Source: the human T2T-CHM13v2.0 reference genome, Homo sapiens. From it: 64,000 nt of DNA. This document shows, one piece after another, positions 43,151 through 59,595 of this stretch. The stretch lies in the NCBI RefSeq assembly GCF_009914755.1, contig NC_060947.1; one strand, 5' to 3'. The stretch's first letter is position 1. The number at the start of each line of letters is the position of its first letter. The position numbers were made by a program, and so were the translations under genes. Under the pieces are notes generated by a model. It saw nothing but the letters and a program-made list of their open reading frames with translations, had not been told where the DNA came from and made no database searches.

Positions 43151-44679
43151 CTATCCTGAAAAGATAAAAAATCAAACCCAGCATATCATGAGTAATTCAC
43201 CTATTAGACAACTTAGTACAGTGCCAGTAAAATGGGAAACTAGGTCTATACTGAGATAATCTAATTATAGTTCATGCTTTGCTTTCTGATGTTGGGTTGT
43301 TTCAAAAGAAAGACATTTTTGCATAAAACATCCAGATAATTACAGTTAATCTGAATTTATCATCTTTGATTTTATTTGTAGATAACAACAATGTTTACAT
43401 TTGTTTAGTTTCTGTAAACCTCAGTCTATAAACAAAGAAGATACCTTCGAGACTATCCACCTGTGAATTAAAATTATTTGCTTTAGCAAGACTAAGCAGA
43501 AGAAGAACATAGCATATGCTGTAGAGGACGTGTCTTGTTCCTTTAGTGGCATTTCTTACTACTGGAGTTTTTTGCACTCAATTTATCTGGGATTTAGAAA
43601 ACGTAGCCTTAGCTGTACATGCTTGGGAAGAAAGAAAGCCTTCACATTCTCCATATGTGTAACAAAGATGTGTATTTCAAGCATATAGATGCTTTTCTGC
43701 AACAAAAAATATATAGTCTCAATGGGTTATCCAGACTGCCTTTATGTTCACCAAAGTGTTAGGCTGTCCAAGATTAAAATTCCCCAAGCCCGTTAACCTC
43801 ACCCGTTTTTTTCTGACTACAGCATAAGCAACTCTTTCATGACATCACTAAATAACATACACATGTGGTCACAGTTACAGATATATATTTCCTGGCTGTA
43901 TGCAAGATGAGGCACTGTTTGCACAGTATCCTTTAAGCAAAATGTCACCTTCCACCTGCAGACATCTGCCTACCCAAATGCGGGTGTGCAAGCAGTATAT
44001 GCTAAGAAAAAATCTGTTATAAACTGTCAGAAGAAGACCAGACAAACTGCAGACCTCAACAGCCTACCGCCCTTAGGCAGCCGTTTCTACAAGAAATTAT
44101 GTGCAGATTTTCCTAAGCCCAAGAGCTGTTGTAGACAGGCATGGTTCTCACACATTGCATCATTGTTCCCCAGTTGGGAATTAACTCTGTCTCAATCCCA
44201 TTTTAATGTCCCCAGCAGGTATATCAATGCTCTGATTCCTCTCTGATTATCATCGAATCACCAAATTACAGTAAACAAAAGTCAGACCATGCAGTGAAGA
44301 GACTTCTCCATCCATAGCATGTTATTCTTTGAAAGTAGATGGTTTTATTTAAAAAATAAGAATGTACAAAATTGTGCATGCTAGTTTTTTTCAGAGAACT
44401 TAAAACACACGGTTACCCTGGAGGAAATGGTCACATTCTTTATTTCTGTCAGTGCCTGTCAAGATTAAACTTCCTGATTGGAGACTAGAAGATAAGATCA
44501 GAGCAGGAATACAAAGAAAGAGAACACAGGCTACCAGACGTTTCCAATCACAGTAAGAAATGGCCTCTGGAATGGAACTCAAATTAGACTAAATTCCAAG
44601 AAAAAACCTCCACCGGTCCTATCTCTAATTTTTTTTTCACGCACAAAACCATGGGATTTCTCAGATCTCAGTCTGTAAC

Positions 44680-45032
44680 TGTCTTGGTCAGCTTGGGCTT
44701 CCATAACAAAATACAGTATACTGAGTGGCTTATAAACAGCAGATATTTGTCGCTCACAGTTCTGGACTCTGGAAGTCCAAGATCAAGACATGGCAGATTT
44801 AGTGTCTGGTGTGGACTTCCTTCCTGGTACATAGATGGCACCTTCTTGCTATGTCCTCACATAGTGGAAGGGGTGAGGGAGCTCTCTGGGGTCCCTTTTA
44901 TAAGGGCACTGATTTCATTTATGGGGCTCCACCCCTATGACCTTATCACCTCCCCAAAGCCCCAATTTCTAATACTATAACCTTGGGAGTTAGGATAAAT
45001 TTGGAGAATACATGAACATTCAGACCATAGTA
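44680..45032 (-). mobile_element. MLT1A-like LTR
   Basis: TGTCTTGGTCAGCTTGGGCT...AACATTCAGACCATAGTA. Confidence 0.82.
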
Positions 45033-45044
45033 GTGGCAAAGGCT

Positions 45045-45390
45045 ATAGTCATGTGTCACTTCACAACAGAGATACATTCTGATAACTACGTCCTTAGGTG
45101 ATTTCCTCATCGTGTGAACATCACAGAATGCACTTTCACAAGCCTAGATGGTCTAGCCTACTACACACCTAGGCTATATGGTCTAGCCTGTGGCTCCTGG
45201 GCCACAAACCTGTATAGCAGGTTACTGTACTGAATACTGTAGACAATTGTAACACAATGGTAAATATTTCTGTATCTAAACTCATCCAAACATTAAAATA
45301 TACAGTAAAAATATGGTATATAAAATAAAAAATGGTACATTAGTATAGGGCAGATTCATTATATCTTTAAGGAATGACTGTCATATATGT
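45045..45390 (+). mobile_element. Tigger3 (MER7)-like DNA transposon relic
   Basis: TAGCCTACTACACACCTAGGCTATATGG...GTTACTGTACTGAATACTGTAG. Confidence 0.82.
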
Positions 45391-45402
45391 AATATATATA
45401 TC

Positions 45403-45540
45403 CAGGAGTTGGAGGCTGCAGTGAGCTATGAATGTGTCACTGCACTCCAGCCTCGGTTACAGAGGAAAATCCTGTCGAAAGGAAAGGAAAAGAGGAGAGG
45501 AGAGGAGGGGAGGGGAGGACAGGGGAGGGGAGGAAAGGGT
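45403..45540 (+). mobile_element. Alu 3' fragment with GA-rich tail
   Basis: GAGGCTGCAGTGAGCTATG...CACTCCAGCC followed by (GAGGA/GGGA)n. Confidence 0.75.
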
Positions 45541-46502
45541 GTTAATATCAGATAATTTGACAGAGAGTGGGAAACCAGGAGAGAATAATTTGGAGTGGGA
45601 AAAAAAGGGAGAGAGTAGATACAAATGCTGTTTGCAAAAGAGCAAATCAGACAGTTTCTCCTCACAGCCAACTCGTAGATAAAATAGCATCCCCTTGCTC
45701 TTCTGGGTGTAATGAAAATTCCCACTCAGTAGGTGTTCTACTATTATGACATTAGGTCTGGTAAAATGCCAGTGCTGTTTGCCTGTTGCCATAATTAAGT
45801 AGCCATTGACACTTGAGTAAGAATTAATAAATAGTGCACTGTCAGCAAATGGATTGTCAGGTTCGAAAACCCAGCTGATTTACTTCCAAGAAAGACAAAC
45901 CCCCTACTGCAGCAGAGAGCCTGGAATTAACAAGACTTAATCTGCTAAAGGAGAAGGCAGACTCCCAAAAAGGGTTAACGGGAAACTGAACACAAGTCCC
46001 ACTCACATCAGGATTTTCCAGAGCACAGACTGACCTTTCACAACTCCACAATAAAAACCAGTGACTTCTGAAGAGGGATTCTGAATCATATTTTTCCCCA
46101 AGGATTTGGAAAAGTCACTTTTTCATGTGTCATCCTCACTTGTGGGGGACATGTGTGTGTGTGTGTGGCTTCATGATTGATTGTCTTATGCAAACTCTAA
46201 TTTTTTACCCAGGTCTACCTTGGTTATTCTACATAGGTGGTCCAATTCTCCATTTATTTACCCCTTTTTCTGCCATGCTGTTATCCCTTAAAATTAGCTT
46301 TACATTTTTAAAAAAAAAAAATGTGTCCAAGGCATGAACCAGGCATAGGCACAGATGAAAAGCCAAGCTGGGAGGAACAAGGGGTTGCTTTGTCCCTGGC
46401 TGATATGAGATGGGCACCACCAACTGGATGCCACTCTACCCAGGTCAGGGAAATAAAATGAGCTTCTTAGGACAAATCAGAAAGGCACTCAAAGACAGTC
46501 AG

Positions 46503-47532
46503 CGATAGGGTTTGGATCTGTGTTCCCACCAAATCTCATGTCAAATTGTATTCCCCAGTTTTGGAGGTGGGGTCTGGAGAGAGGTGATTGGATCATAGGG
46601 GTGGGTCCTTCAAGAATGGTTTAACACCTTCTGCTCAGTGCTGTTCTCATCATAGTGAGTGAGTGATCACGAAATCTTTTGCTTGTTCAGAAGTGTGTAG
46701 CACCTCCCCACGCCTTTCTCTCTCTTCCTCCTACTCCAGTCACTAAGATGCCTGCTCCCCCTTCACCTTCCACCATGATTGTCAGTTCCTGAGGCCTCCC
46801 CAGAAGCAGAAGCTGCCATGTTTCCTGTACAGCCTGCAGAACTGTGAGCCAATTCAACCTCTTTTCTTCATAATTATCTAGTCTCAGGTATTTCTTTTCA
46901 GCATTGCTGAGGCAGGATAGGTAGTCAAGAAAATGACTGTGTTCTTTGTGTGCAGCAACCATGGTTACCATGACCATACAGTCAACACAGTAAGCTTCAG
47001 CATTTGCACTGTCATTGAACTCATTCAAGCAAAACAATTCTTCAGTAGGAACTTTCCCTTACAGAGAGCATGCGCATTTTGATGTTACCAGTCCTCAAAC
47101 TGACCCTTTGCTCATTTTAATAGTAAAAAGCACACCTGTGGGTAGAGATATAAGATGTTAATGAGACCTGCAATGCATGAAAAAGCACGTACAGCTACTG
47201 CTCATGTGCACCCAGAGGACCACCCAGAACATGCTTAACAGCAACACCTCTTTCCACCTCCTTATAAATCATCATGTAAGACTCCCATAAAGGGAGTTTC
47301 TCCAGCAATAATCAATACTCTGTCACCCTAACTAGCTGCCTGCCCTGAATCTACTTTCTCAGGTTGTACTCTCTAGTCTCCCGCTGACTTTCAAAATACT
47401 CTTTTTGTTTTGCAATAATTTACTCTATGCTGCATCTCCTTGGCTGTGTGTCTGTGTTTAAATTCTTTTAAACTAGGAAGACAAGAATCAAGGTATCACG
47501 ACAGCCGTCAACAATGTGAGAACGGACTAATA
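46503..47532 (+). mobile_element. MSTB-like LTR split near its 3' end by an ERV1 LTR
   Basis: CCCACCAAATCTCATGTCAAATTG...; terminal ATGTGAGAACGGACTAATA displaced to ~47514. Confidence 0.82.
46905..47510 (+). mobile_element. MER41-family (C/D/E-like) ERV1 solo LTR
   Basis: TGAGGCAGGATAGGTAGTCAAG start; CATGTGCACCCAGAGGACCACCCAGAACATGC motif. Confidence 0.65.
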
Positions 47533-49437
47533 TGAACAGAAAATGAGGAAAACAGCTATCAGGTAGCAGGACGAGAAAGTCTCTGATTTCATCCTGCAAA
47601 CAACCTGTACCACACCAGGCTCACAGGCCCTCCTATATCCTTCAAGCTCACAGGGACCCCCACCATCCTTCCATGCCGACAATATCCCACGTGTTCTCCC
47701 AAGCTCAAAGTGGCTTCCACATCTTTCTAAGCTCTCACTCACTCGCAGTCCATGTCCTCCAAATCATATTTCTCACAAGATTCCACAACTTTCTTTTCCT
47801 GCCTCTTCCCTACAGGCAGAGGTTAGAATCAGCCTCTCTGGTCAGCCTCATCTGAACTCCTTTTTCTGTCTTTTCTTTCCATTCGTTCATAATCAGTGCT
47901 TTGATTAACATCTCCACACTTGGACACCCTGGGTGAAATGTGCTCCCTGTGGGGCTCTGACGGATACCCCATCTTCATTCATTCATTTCTATAAAGCAAC
48001 TTGAGGCTTGCAACCCTGTTCACTGTTCAATTTGCCTTTTTAAACCCAGCCTCATATTCCACCATCCTACAGAAACCCCCATGGCTCCACAGTCTCCCAA
48101 AAGTAAATTTAGGGGGAAAATAGCCTATGATATACAACTTGTAAAATTTTGTCTGTTGATTTCACCTTTCTGATTTGGCTGAAGTTTCACAATGCAGGGA
48201 TATCATCATCACTCTTCCAACAGGAAGAAATCTTTTTCTTCAATTCCCAGCAAACTGAGGAACTAGAAGATGAGTAGCACTGGCACTCAAAATATTTAGA
48301 CACATATGAGGGCATTTCTTGCCCAAAATGACAGCTTAACTTTACTGCTACTGTTTACTGTAATCTTAGGAGGCTTGTGAATTTTTCTGACCCTCCAGCA
48401 AAGGTGAAGATCAGTCATCCATAACTGATGTCATAAAGCAGATGGCATGAAGCAGACATCTGCAGTGGTAATGGAACAGGAAGCTTACACTCTTCCTAGC
48501 TTGGAAACAATGCTCAAAAAGGGTACCTGGTAAAGACAAAGAGTTAACACTGGGAAGTGTGCTGGGGAAATGCTAATTTTCTCACACTTTCCATGCTCAT
48601 GCTCAGTCCCTGGGGCAGCGTGACCAAGAGCTCTAGGAAGAGAAGGAGAATCTCTTTTCATTTACCCCTGACTCCAAACATGCATGCAAACAGATGGGTG
48701 CATCAGTAGAATAAGTTCACATTCATCTACCAAAGGGTTCAATAAACTAAGAATTACATGATCCTATTTGGGGTTAAAACATAGAAATTTTGGTTTCTTC
48801 CAATAATAACAACTTTGCACTAGTAGTTCACTATCTAGAGCAAATAAACTAGAGAAGCATGGTGACTATGAAATAAAAATCACAACTGAGTAAGACTTTT
48901 AGAAAGGAGACAGTATGTATTCACTGACAGCCACATATTTCAGCAAGATGCACCAGGTAGTTGTTCTTGAGAGAATTAATAACAGATGAATCTCAGGTTC
49001 AGAAAAGGCAAAAGTAAAAACAACAAAACTGAAAGCTACAGACAACTTGGAACAAGAATGTTCCAAAAAAAATCTGGCTTCAAGATGCTCAGGAACTAGA
49101 TTCCTTCCTTTTATCTCTTCTACCACCCTAATACATGACTTTCATCTTCAAGTTTGCCTCATGTCTCAGTGTGAATGCTGAAGCTCCAGCCATTGTATCT
49201 ACATCCCAGAAAGCAGATGAGGGAGCAGTGAGGAACAAAATGGCCTCTGCGCCAAGTGAATTAGCTCTTTCTCTGCAGTCTTCCTAAATGTCCCACGACA
49301 TTTCTACTGCAATCCTATTGAACTTAGTTACTTGGCCCCAACTAGTTGAATGAGAGGCTAGCAACTATAGTTTGCTCGTTAAGTTTGGAACATTACCACC
49401 TCAAAACAAATTTGAATTCACTTGAGAAAGGACTTCA

Positions 49438-49829
<392 letters not shown>

Positions 49830-49984
49830 TTAGAGATTGGTCAATGAAGATTTGTGAGCCACGAACACCAGCTTCTAGAAAAGCAGTGCACACTCCTCTG
49901 CAGGCTCACTCCCAAGCAAGCCAATTGTTCACTGTGGAGTTTGGGTCTCCTGTCCCTTGCTCCCTTCTCCTCACACATCCCCAG

Positions 49985-50415
49985 TCACCCTGGAGGTCAG
50001 AATCTAAAATGGGTCAGCAGGGCTGCTGTCTTTGGGAGGCTCCAGGGAAATCGTTTCTTGCTTTTTTCTGACTTCTAGAGGCTGCCTGCATTCCTTGGCT
50101 CATGGCTCCTTCCTCTGTCTTCAAAACCAGGAGTGTTGCTTCACTTCCCCCTTCTCTGTCTGTCTCTGCCTCTCTCTTCTCTATCTCTCCTTGTGCCTCT
50201 GTCTGTCTCAGCCTCTCTCTGTCTCTCTTTCTGCCTCTGCCTCTGTCTCCCTCTCTCTGCCTTTCTGTCTCCCATTCTCTGTCTCTCTTTCTCTCTGTCT
50301 CTCTTTCCCTGTGTCTCTTTGTCTCTTCCTGTCTCTCTGTCTCTGTCTCTCTCTGTCTTTGTGTTTTTCCAACTCTCGTTGTCTCTCTCTGTCTCTGTGT
50401 CTCTGTCTCTCTCTC

Positions 50416-50446
<31 letters not shown>

Positions 50447-50740
50447 CTCTCTGTGTGTCCCTCTCTGTCTCTGTCTGTCTTTCCTTCTCTTTCTCTGTCT
50501 CTCTGTCTCTGTCTGTCTCTCTCTGCTTTCTTCATCGCATGTCTTCGACTCCTTGCTGCTGCCCTCTTCCAAGGAGCTTGGTGTTACACTGAGCTCATCT
50601 GAATAATCCAGAATAATCTCCCCTCTCAAGAGCCTTAATCTGGAAAGTCCTGTTTGCCATGTAATGTAAAAGATTCACAGGTTTCTGAGATCAGGACATG
50701 AACATCTAGGGACAGGGGAGACCCACGTTGCAGCCCATGG
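49985..50740 (-). mobile_element. MLT1D-like LTR interrupted by a ~380 bp CT/GT-rich expansion (50150-50530)
   Basis: CTTCTAGAGGCTGCCTGCATTCCTTGGCTCATGG before; AATAATCCAGAATAATCTCCC after. Confidence 0.8.
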
Positions 50741-50777
50741 CAACCACTTTAGGATTCTCAATAAAATAATAGAGTCA

Positions 50778-50915
50778 GCCAGGCCCAGTGGCTCACACCT
50801 GTAGTCCCAGCTATTCAGGAGGTTGAAGTGGGAGGATTGCTTAAGCCCGGGAGTGAGCTACGACTGCACCACTGCGCTTCAGCCAGGGCGACAGAGCAAG
50901 ACCCTGTCTCAAAAT
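50778..50915 (+). mobile_element. Alu monomer fragment with internal deletion
   Basis: GTGGCTCACACCTGTAGTCCCAGC...GCAAGACCCTGTCTC. Confidence 0.75.
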
Positions 50916-51008
50916 AAACACATTAATTAATTATATAGAACAGAATTTGTTTTTCTAAAAGGTATTTACTGTTTTGATGACTGTTATCTGAATGTTTCAG
51001 GTAATGGA

Positions 51009-51010
51009 TT

Positions 51011-51053
<43 letters not shown>

Positions 51054-51348
51054 TTTGTTTATAGAGCTGGGTTCTTGCTTTGTTGTCCAGGCTGGAGTGC
51101 AGTGGTGCAGTCATAGTTCATTGCAGCAGTGACTTCCTAGGCTCAAGTGATCCTCCCACCTCAGCATCCGGAAGAGCTGGGACAACCGGTGTGCACTACC
51201 ACACCCTGCTTATTTTTCAAAACATTTTAGTAGAGATGAGGTCTGATTATGTTGCTCAGGCTGGTCTAGAACTCCTGTGCTCATGTGGTCCTTCCACCTC
51301 AACCTCCCAACGTGCTGGGATTACAAGTGTGAGCCACTGCACCTGGCC
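51009..51348 (-). mobile_element. AluJ with (TTTA)n tail
   Basis: Antisense diverged dimer. Confidence 0.87.
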
Positions 51349-51944
51349 ATGCTGATTTTAAAGCCTATTTAAATCTTAAAGCATTACATTGTCCTCCATT
51401 TGATGGCATAATAATATTTGTGACCATGTTCATATGACAGTGCTTAAACATGTTGAGTGTTCAGAGAAAGAACCACTGTTGCAGACTGACTGATGTTTAG
51501 AATGCCTTGTGGACAAAAATATTACAAAGAAGAAAGAAGTAGTTTTCTTTAGCCCTCAGAAGACTACTTGGTGAATAAACCAGTGACATTTCACTTTAAA
51601 GAAAAAATTAAGCAGGTAGGGTTTGCTTCAAAGTAAATGTGTGCTGAGCATAGGAGAATAAGAAGTGGAGAAACCTTGTATACATGGAAAGGGTAAAGTT
51701 AACTCTTGGAATGTGGCTAAAATTCAAGGTAAGGAACACAGCAAGTTGTCAGAGTCATAACATGAATAATTAAGGTAACACAGATAGAATTTTACAAATT
51801 CAGTTTGCAAAATAAATATCCAAAGAATGACTGAATAATTAGTAAGATCTATAGTTTAGCATTTAACAAAAAGGATTCACTTCGGATGCTGATCTGTGAG
51901 CCAATCTGTGTCTATTTCCATTCCTCTTTACAGCACAGCTGTCA

Positions 51945-52470
<526 letters not shown>

Positions 52471-52474
52471 AGAA

Positions 52475-52915
52475 TAATATGATAGAAAGATAGATAATAA
52501 AATAGTAGATTAACAGACGATACATGATAGGTAAGGTAAGTAGATAGATGATAGATAAAATGATAGGTTAATAGGTAATAGAATAATACAATAACAGATG
52601 ATAGAGATGATATGTAGACAATACATAAAATGATTGATAGGTGACAGACATGATAGCTAGATAGATGACTGACAGAAAGATAATAGATGACTGCCTGACA
52701 GATAGATGATAAACAAATAGATGACAGGTAGATAGATATGATAGGAAGATGATAAATGATAGTCAATAGATAGATATGATAGATGATAACGATAGCTAGA
52801 TGATAGATAGATGATAGATAAATGCATATGATAGATATGATAGAAAGATGATAGATAATATAGAGAGATGATAGATAGATAGATAGATAGATAGATCAAT
52901 AGATAGTACATACAT
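52475..52915. repeat. Degenerate (TAGA)n expansion
   Basis: GATA motifs continuing from the Alu tail. Confidence 0.9.
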
Positions 52916-53851
52916 ACTTTCATTTCTATGGCTACTTTTTAAATAAATGCCTAATGTTTTATATGTTGACATATAAAAGCGTGTGTTCAGCCCAACTTCC
53001 ATTGTGAAAAACAGCATGTGAAATCTAACACCACTCAAAGAATTTGGTGCATTTTCTTGGCTGTAGTGCTGGTCAAGTTTGGCCTCAACTGCCTAGAGTG
53101 AGCAGCAGAATCAGGGTAGGCGGCCGGAGCAGTGTAGAGCCCCATCACCCCACTCAACAATGACACAAACATGAAGTGAGGGCTGGACTCGGGAGATAAG
53201 AGGTTGGATATAGTGGACAGGTCACCAAGATTCAGAGTCTACCATGAAAATCAGACAGTGGGGCTTATAGTGGAATGGAGAGAGCAGGACCTAGGACCAG
53301 GGTGGTGACTCAGTGGGTCCACATGAATACTCATTGATGGTAGTTAGTAAAGAGGGGACATTTTTGTGGAGTCAAGATCCAAGCCGTGGGAACTCTGTCA
53401 TCTGGTCCCAGAAACTGAGACCTAAAAAGGCTTTTATCTATGAAGAATTTTGACAAAGGCATACTTACTTACCTGAACAAGACAACAGTGTCAAAATATA
53501 GAAGATGAGGGGCAAAAAGAGAGAACAAGGCACTGGGTTTCCCCAATATCTTCAAGGGACATTACTAAGCTCTTAAGATGAAACACATCCCATAACCCGC
53601 ACCATCACCAGGAGATGGGCACTATTCTCATCTTCATCTTAACAAATAAGACAATGGAAGTTCAGAGAGATTAGAGAATTTGGCCAGGTTTCCACAAGCA
53701 ATAAGCAGAAACACCATTGCTTGTAAGAACCTGATCTATAATAGTGCAAAGGCAGTCTAACACTTATTTACAGTTCAAAGGATTGTAACAAGTAGATTTT
53801 TTTTTCTGTGTTACCCCCACCCCCCTTAATATTTTCATTAGCCAGCATTTA

Positions 53852-54202
<351 letters not shown>

Positions 54203-55307
54203 TTATCTGATGTTCACATCTTGGGTATAAGAACACTCATATTCAAGAGCTAAATAAAGTTAGACTCATATTCAAGAGCTAACTAAAGTTAGACACAATT
54301 ACAGACATTAACACTATGAAGTTCTAGGAAGGGAAACACTAGAAATAAGAGGGGTGTAACTAAAAGCAAATCAAGCCATCTGTTTTCATCTAAGTACGTT
54401 CTATTCTTCATTGTTTGGTTTTTGCAATCACATGACAATATTCCAGTGCACACACTGAATGTCTCTCTCCTCTCTCGTAGGCAACAAGAATGGACAAGAC
54501 TTCTTAAGCTACTCAACTTCAAACTATGCACAAGTGAATTTTAAAGACACACAGAGCTATTTTACCGGCACAGACTTGGAGTTGTGTCCTGGTAACGTCT
54601 ACACATCTCGGCCAATGCAAACACATCTCAGGTGTGGCAAAAACCAGGTGCAGCCAAGTGTCTCTACCCTTCGGAGAATTGGCTCACGAAAAATGTCCAC
54701 ACACCAATTCCATGAAAAGTTCATAAAGTATCATTTAAAGTAACAATGTTCAGCACATGTTTTAAAAGTTGCGAAGGAAATAGAGATAAAATAGAAATGG
54801 ACAGAACTTGATGAAAACATAAAGTCAGTTTGGACTGCTCTCAGAAAAGGAGAACACACTATATTTTTATTTAATAGCTGGAGTTTGGGAACCATCTGAA
54901 ACTCTGGAACCACTGCCTCCATTTTCCACTCCCCTCAGCCAGGCTAGAAACAGCATTGATTATAAAAGGTAGTGAACACGATTGCACCAAGAAAAATACG
55001 TCCATTGTAGCAGCTACTGGGTTAAGGCAGAATGGAAAAATCAGAGCCATCCCATTCTCCTAAGCCAGATTCCCAAGTGCGGAGGAAAGGAGGGGTGGGG
55101 GCAGGGACTGAGATTTCCAAGCAGAGTTAACTTCTGGTCCTCATTTGAGCTGGAATGGAGGGACTTAATACTTCGAATCTCTGAGACATTGTCTTTTTCC
55201 AACCCAACAGCACTGGATTCCACAAGTTATTCTAAGGATGGCTCTATGGCCAAATAAGCAAAGAAAGCAGAAAGCAGCACAATGTCTGGGGTATGGACAA
55301 GATGCCT

Positions 55308-55688
55308 GCATTATGCTTGGGCCACCATAACAAAGGTCCACAGACCGGGTGGCTTAAATAACAGACATTTACCCTCCCACAATCCTGGAGGCTGGAAGTC
55401 CGAAATCAAAGTGTGGGCAGCGCTGGTTCCTCCTGAGGCCTCTCTCTTTGGCTTCTAGACATCGTCTTTTCCCTTTTCCTCATGCTATTGTTCCTCTGTG
55501 TGTGTCTGTGCCATCTCCTGTTCTTATAAGGATTCCAGTCCTGTTGGATCAAGGACCACCCTACTGACCTTATTTTACCTTCGTCACCTCTTTAAAGACC
55601 CCATCTCCAAATATAGTCACATTCTGAGGTCCTGGAGGTTAGGATTTCAACATGTGGATTTGAGGAGGATACAGTTCAGCCCACCACA
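55308..55688 (-). mobile_element. MLT1A/B-like LTR
   Basis: CTGGAGGCTGGAAGTCCGAAATCAAAG...TTCAGCCCACCACA. Confidence 0.82.
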
Positions 55689-55871
55689 GTGCCTCTTCCT
55701 GACAAAGCATGTTTCATGCTGAAATGGTATGCACAAGCCACTAGCAGCTGCTTGGCATATGTTGATGGAGAGAGAAGAAATTCAGGCAATAGCAGTAAAC
55801 ATCAGAGCACATAGCAAGAGAGAGCATCGCCCTTGGACCATGTTTTAAAATTTGTTTTTTATCCTCTAAAT

Positions 55872-56106
55872 CAGAGATTGACAAACTAGGGTCCACTGGC
55901 CAAACTTGGCCCATCATCTGTTTTTGTAAATAAAGTTTTATCGGCACACAGTCACATCCATTCATTTACATATTTTCTGTGGCTGTATTTTCAACCCAAT
56001 GGCAGAGTTGAGTAGATGCTATGGAGACCAGATGATCCACTAGGCCAAAGATACTTAGCCAGTTTAAAAACAAACAAACAAACAAAAAACCGGTATGCCA
56101 ATTCCT
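55872..56106. mobile_element. MER58A (hAT-Charlie)
   Basis: CTGTTTTTGTAAATAAAGTTTTAT core; TSD CTCTAAAT both sides. Confidence 0.82.
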
Positions 56107-56492
56107 GCTCTAAATGATGGGACGTGATTAGAAAGAATTTTATTTAAGAGCATGGCACACTCACATTTATAATTTTGTAATTACCCAAGCAATCCTGTAG
56201 GGATTGAACTAGAAGGAAGTGCCAGATGGAAGAAGACCTCAAGGGAGACGGGGCACAGGGATGTAAGATAGGAATTCGTGTGTGAGATAATCGTGGAAGG
56301 CTGAAATTTCCTTTAAGACCTAGATAGTAAGTTCTTCAGGGAAAGAAAATTGCGGGGCAGAGAGGAGGCAAAAATGACTTGCAAAGGTTTGCAGCCCCTG
56401 ATCGGACATGTGGGCAAGAACTTTTCATGGGTGCAGAGACTATTTCTAGGCAGCTTACAGACCTGGCATGGTGAGGCACCACCATTGATCAG

Positions 56493-56852
56493 TGTATTAG
56501 TCTGTTCTCATGATGCTAATAAAGATATGCCCAAGACTGGGTAATTTATAAAGGAAAGAGGCTTAATTGACTCACAGTTCCACATGGCTGGGGAGGTCTC
56601 ACAATCATGGCAGAAGGTGAATGAGGAGCAAAGTCACATCTTACATGGTGGCAGACAAGAGAGCATGTGCAGGGGAATTCCCCTTTATAAAACCATCAGA
56701 TCTCATGAGACTTATTCACTATCACCAAAACAGTAAGGGAAAGACCCACCCCCCATGATTCAATTACTTCCCACCGGGTCCCTCCCACAATACATAGGAA
56801 TTATGGGAGCTACAATTCAAGATTTGGGAGGGGACACAGCCAAACCGTATCA
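56493..56852 (-). mobile_element. THE1 solo LTR
   Basis: TGTATTAGTC...AAACCGTATCA; 5-bp TSD ATCAG. Confidence 0.92.
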
Positions 56853-57584
56853 ATCAGTAAGTGATTGATCAGAGCCCAGGGGTAGTCTCAAGAGGATGTG
56901 GTTTGCAGAGTTGATCCAGGCTGGCAGCCTGAGGGCTGGTACTGGCCTGAGGCATCAAAGAAAAGAAGAAAGTCAGGTGGAGCTAGTAGACTAAGATCAA
57001 AGAGATGGGGAAGGATTATGAGGGTCTTGGGGAGAGAGGGCTAAAGCTAAAGTATTATGGTCAGATGCTGACTGCTATGAAATGTAAGATTTCAGAGATA
57101 ATACAGATGTTGTGGTGATAAGAAGGACCAGGGTGAAGACATGACAGCTGTCTGTTTTTTAAGCTATTTGAGTGAGGTTACAAGATCACTGCCGGGGAGG
57201 AATTCAGCATTGGGACATTCATGTCCAGCTGGGAAGTGACTTTTGTGTTCATTATATCTGGACACAGATGTAGCAATGGAGTCTTCCCAGTCTGTGAAAT
57301 GGTAGAATCCTAGGTCTTGGGTCCATGATGTAACCTACAAATTGCATCTCCATGTGGTTGGGCATGAATGAGAACCTGTTTCTGATTTGTGGCTTCTATT
57401 TTTATGGTATTCAAAGTTCCAAGTTTCTTCTCAACCTTATAATTATTCATAGCTCAGGGATTATCTATGGCACTGGAGCAGATCTCATCTCCAAGTCCAA
57501 GATTATGGGGATTGGCTCACCCCAGGGGGATGGAATTAGAAGTGACTTCCCCGCCTCCTCACCTAAGATTAAAAAAAAAAAATG

Positions 57585-58197
<613 letters not shown>

Positions 58198-58816
58198 CAA
58201 TGAACTAGAAATTCTACATAGTAATAATTTTTTTGTGCATACCAAGACATAGACAGGCATCTTCACTCGATTTCCCCATCATTCTAGCCATCTCCAAACA
58301 CTCACCCCAAAAATCCAGTACCTAGTGGCCAGCAGCAGGATTCATGTCCAGTGCAGGGATTTAGGATTCTGTGTGGTAGGTCATGTAGACCCCACTGTAC
58401 CCAATGAAGTGGCCAACGCTGCCTTGGGGTGGCGAAGCTTTAAATCATCCCCTGTGGGGTTACACTGTTCTCATCAGTAGGGACGTTTGTCCACCATGTT
58501 GACCTCTGCCTCCTCGGTTGGTCCTGACAGATGCTGTGATGGTCTTACTATTGACCAGGGATGTAAATGAGATACAGGAAGTCTGCGGTCAACTGAAGCT
58601 TCAGTTTTGGTCACTGTCCCAGGAGGATCCCATGGAAACAGACAAAGGAGAGAATGAGCACAGGTTGGCCATAGGACTGTCCGCGCAGCAGGGTGAGGAT
58701 GGCAGGAGAAGGTCCCACAGGGAGCAGAAGACCCTTTCCCATGTTATTTGGGACCACAGAAGTCTGTGATTCTGCAGACACTTTGTTGGTGGCACTTTCT
58801 TATGGCAACCCTAGTG

Positions 58817-59595
<779 letters not shown>

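Noticed and set aside
50014-50629. Five overlapping 157-186 aa ORFs
   Set aside because: CT/GA simple-repeat translation.
54235-54293. 29-bp tandem duplication ACTCATATTCAAGAGCTAA(A/C)TAAAGTTAG x2
   Set aside because: Real but an ordinary small duplication.
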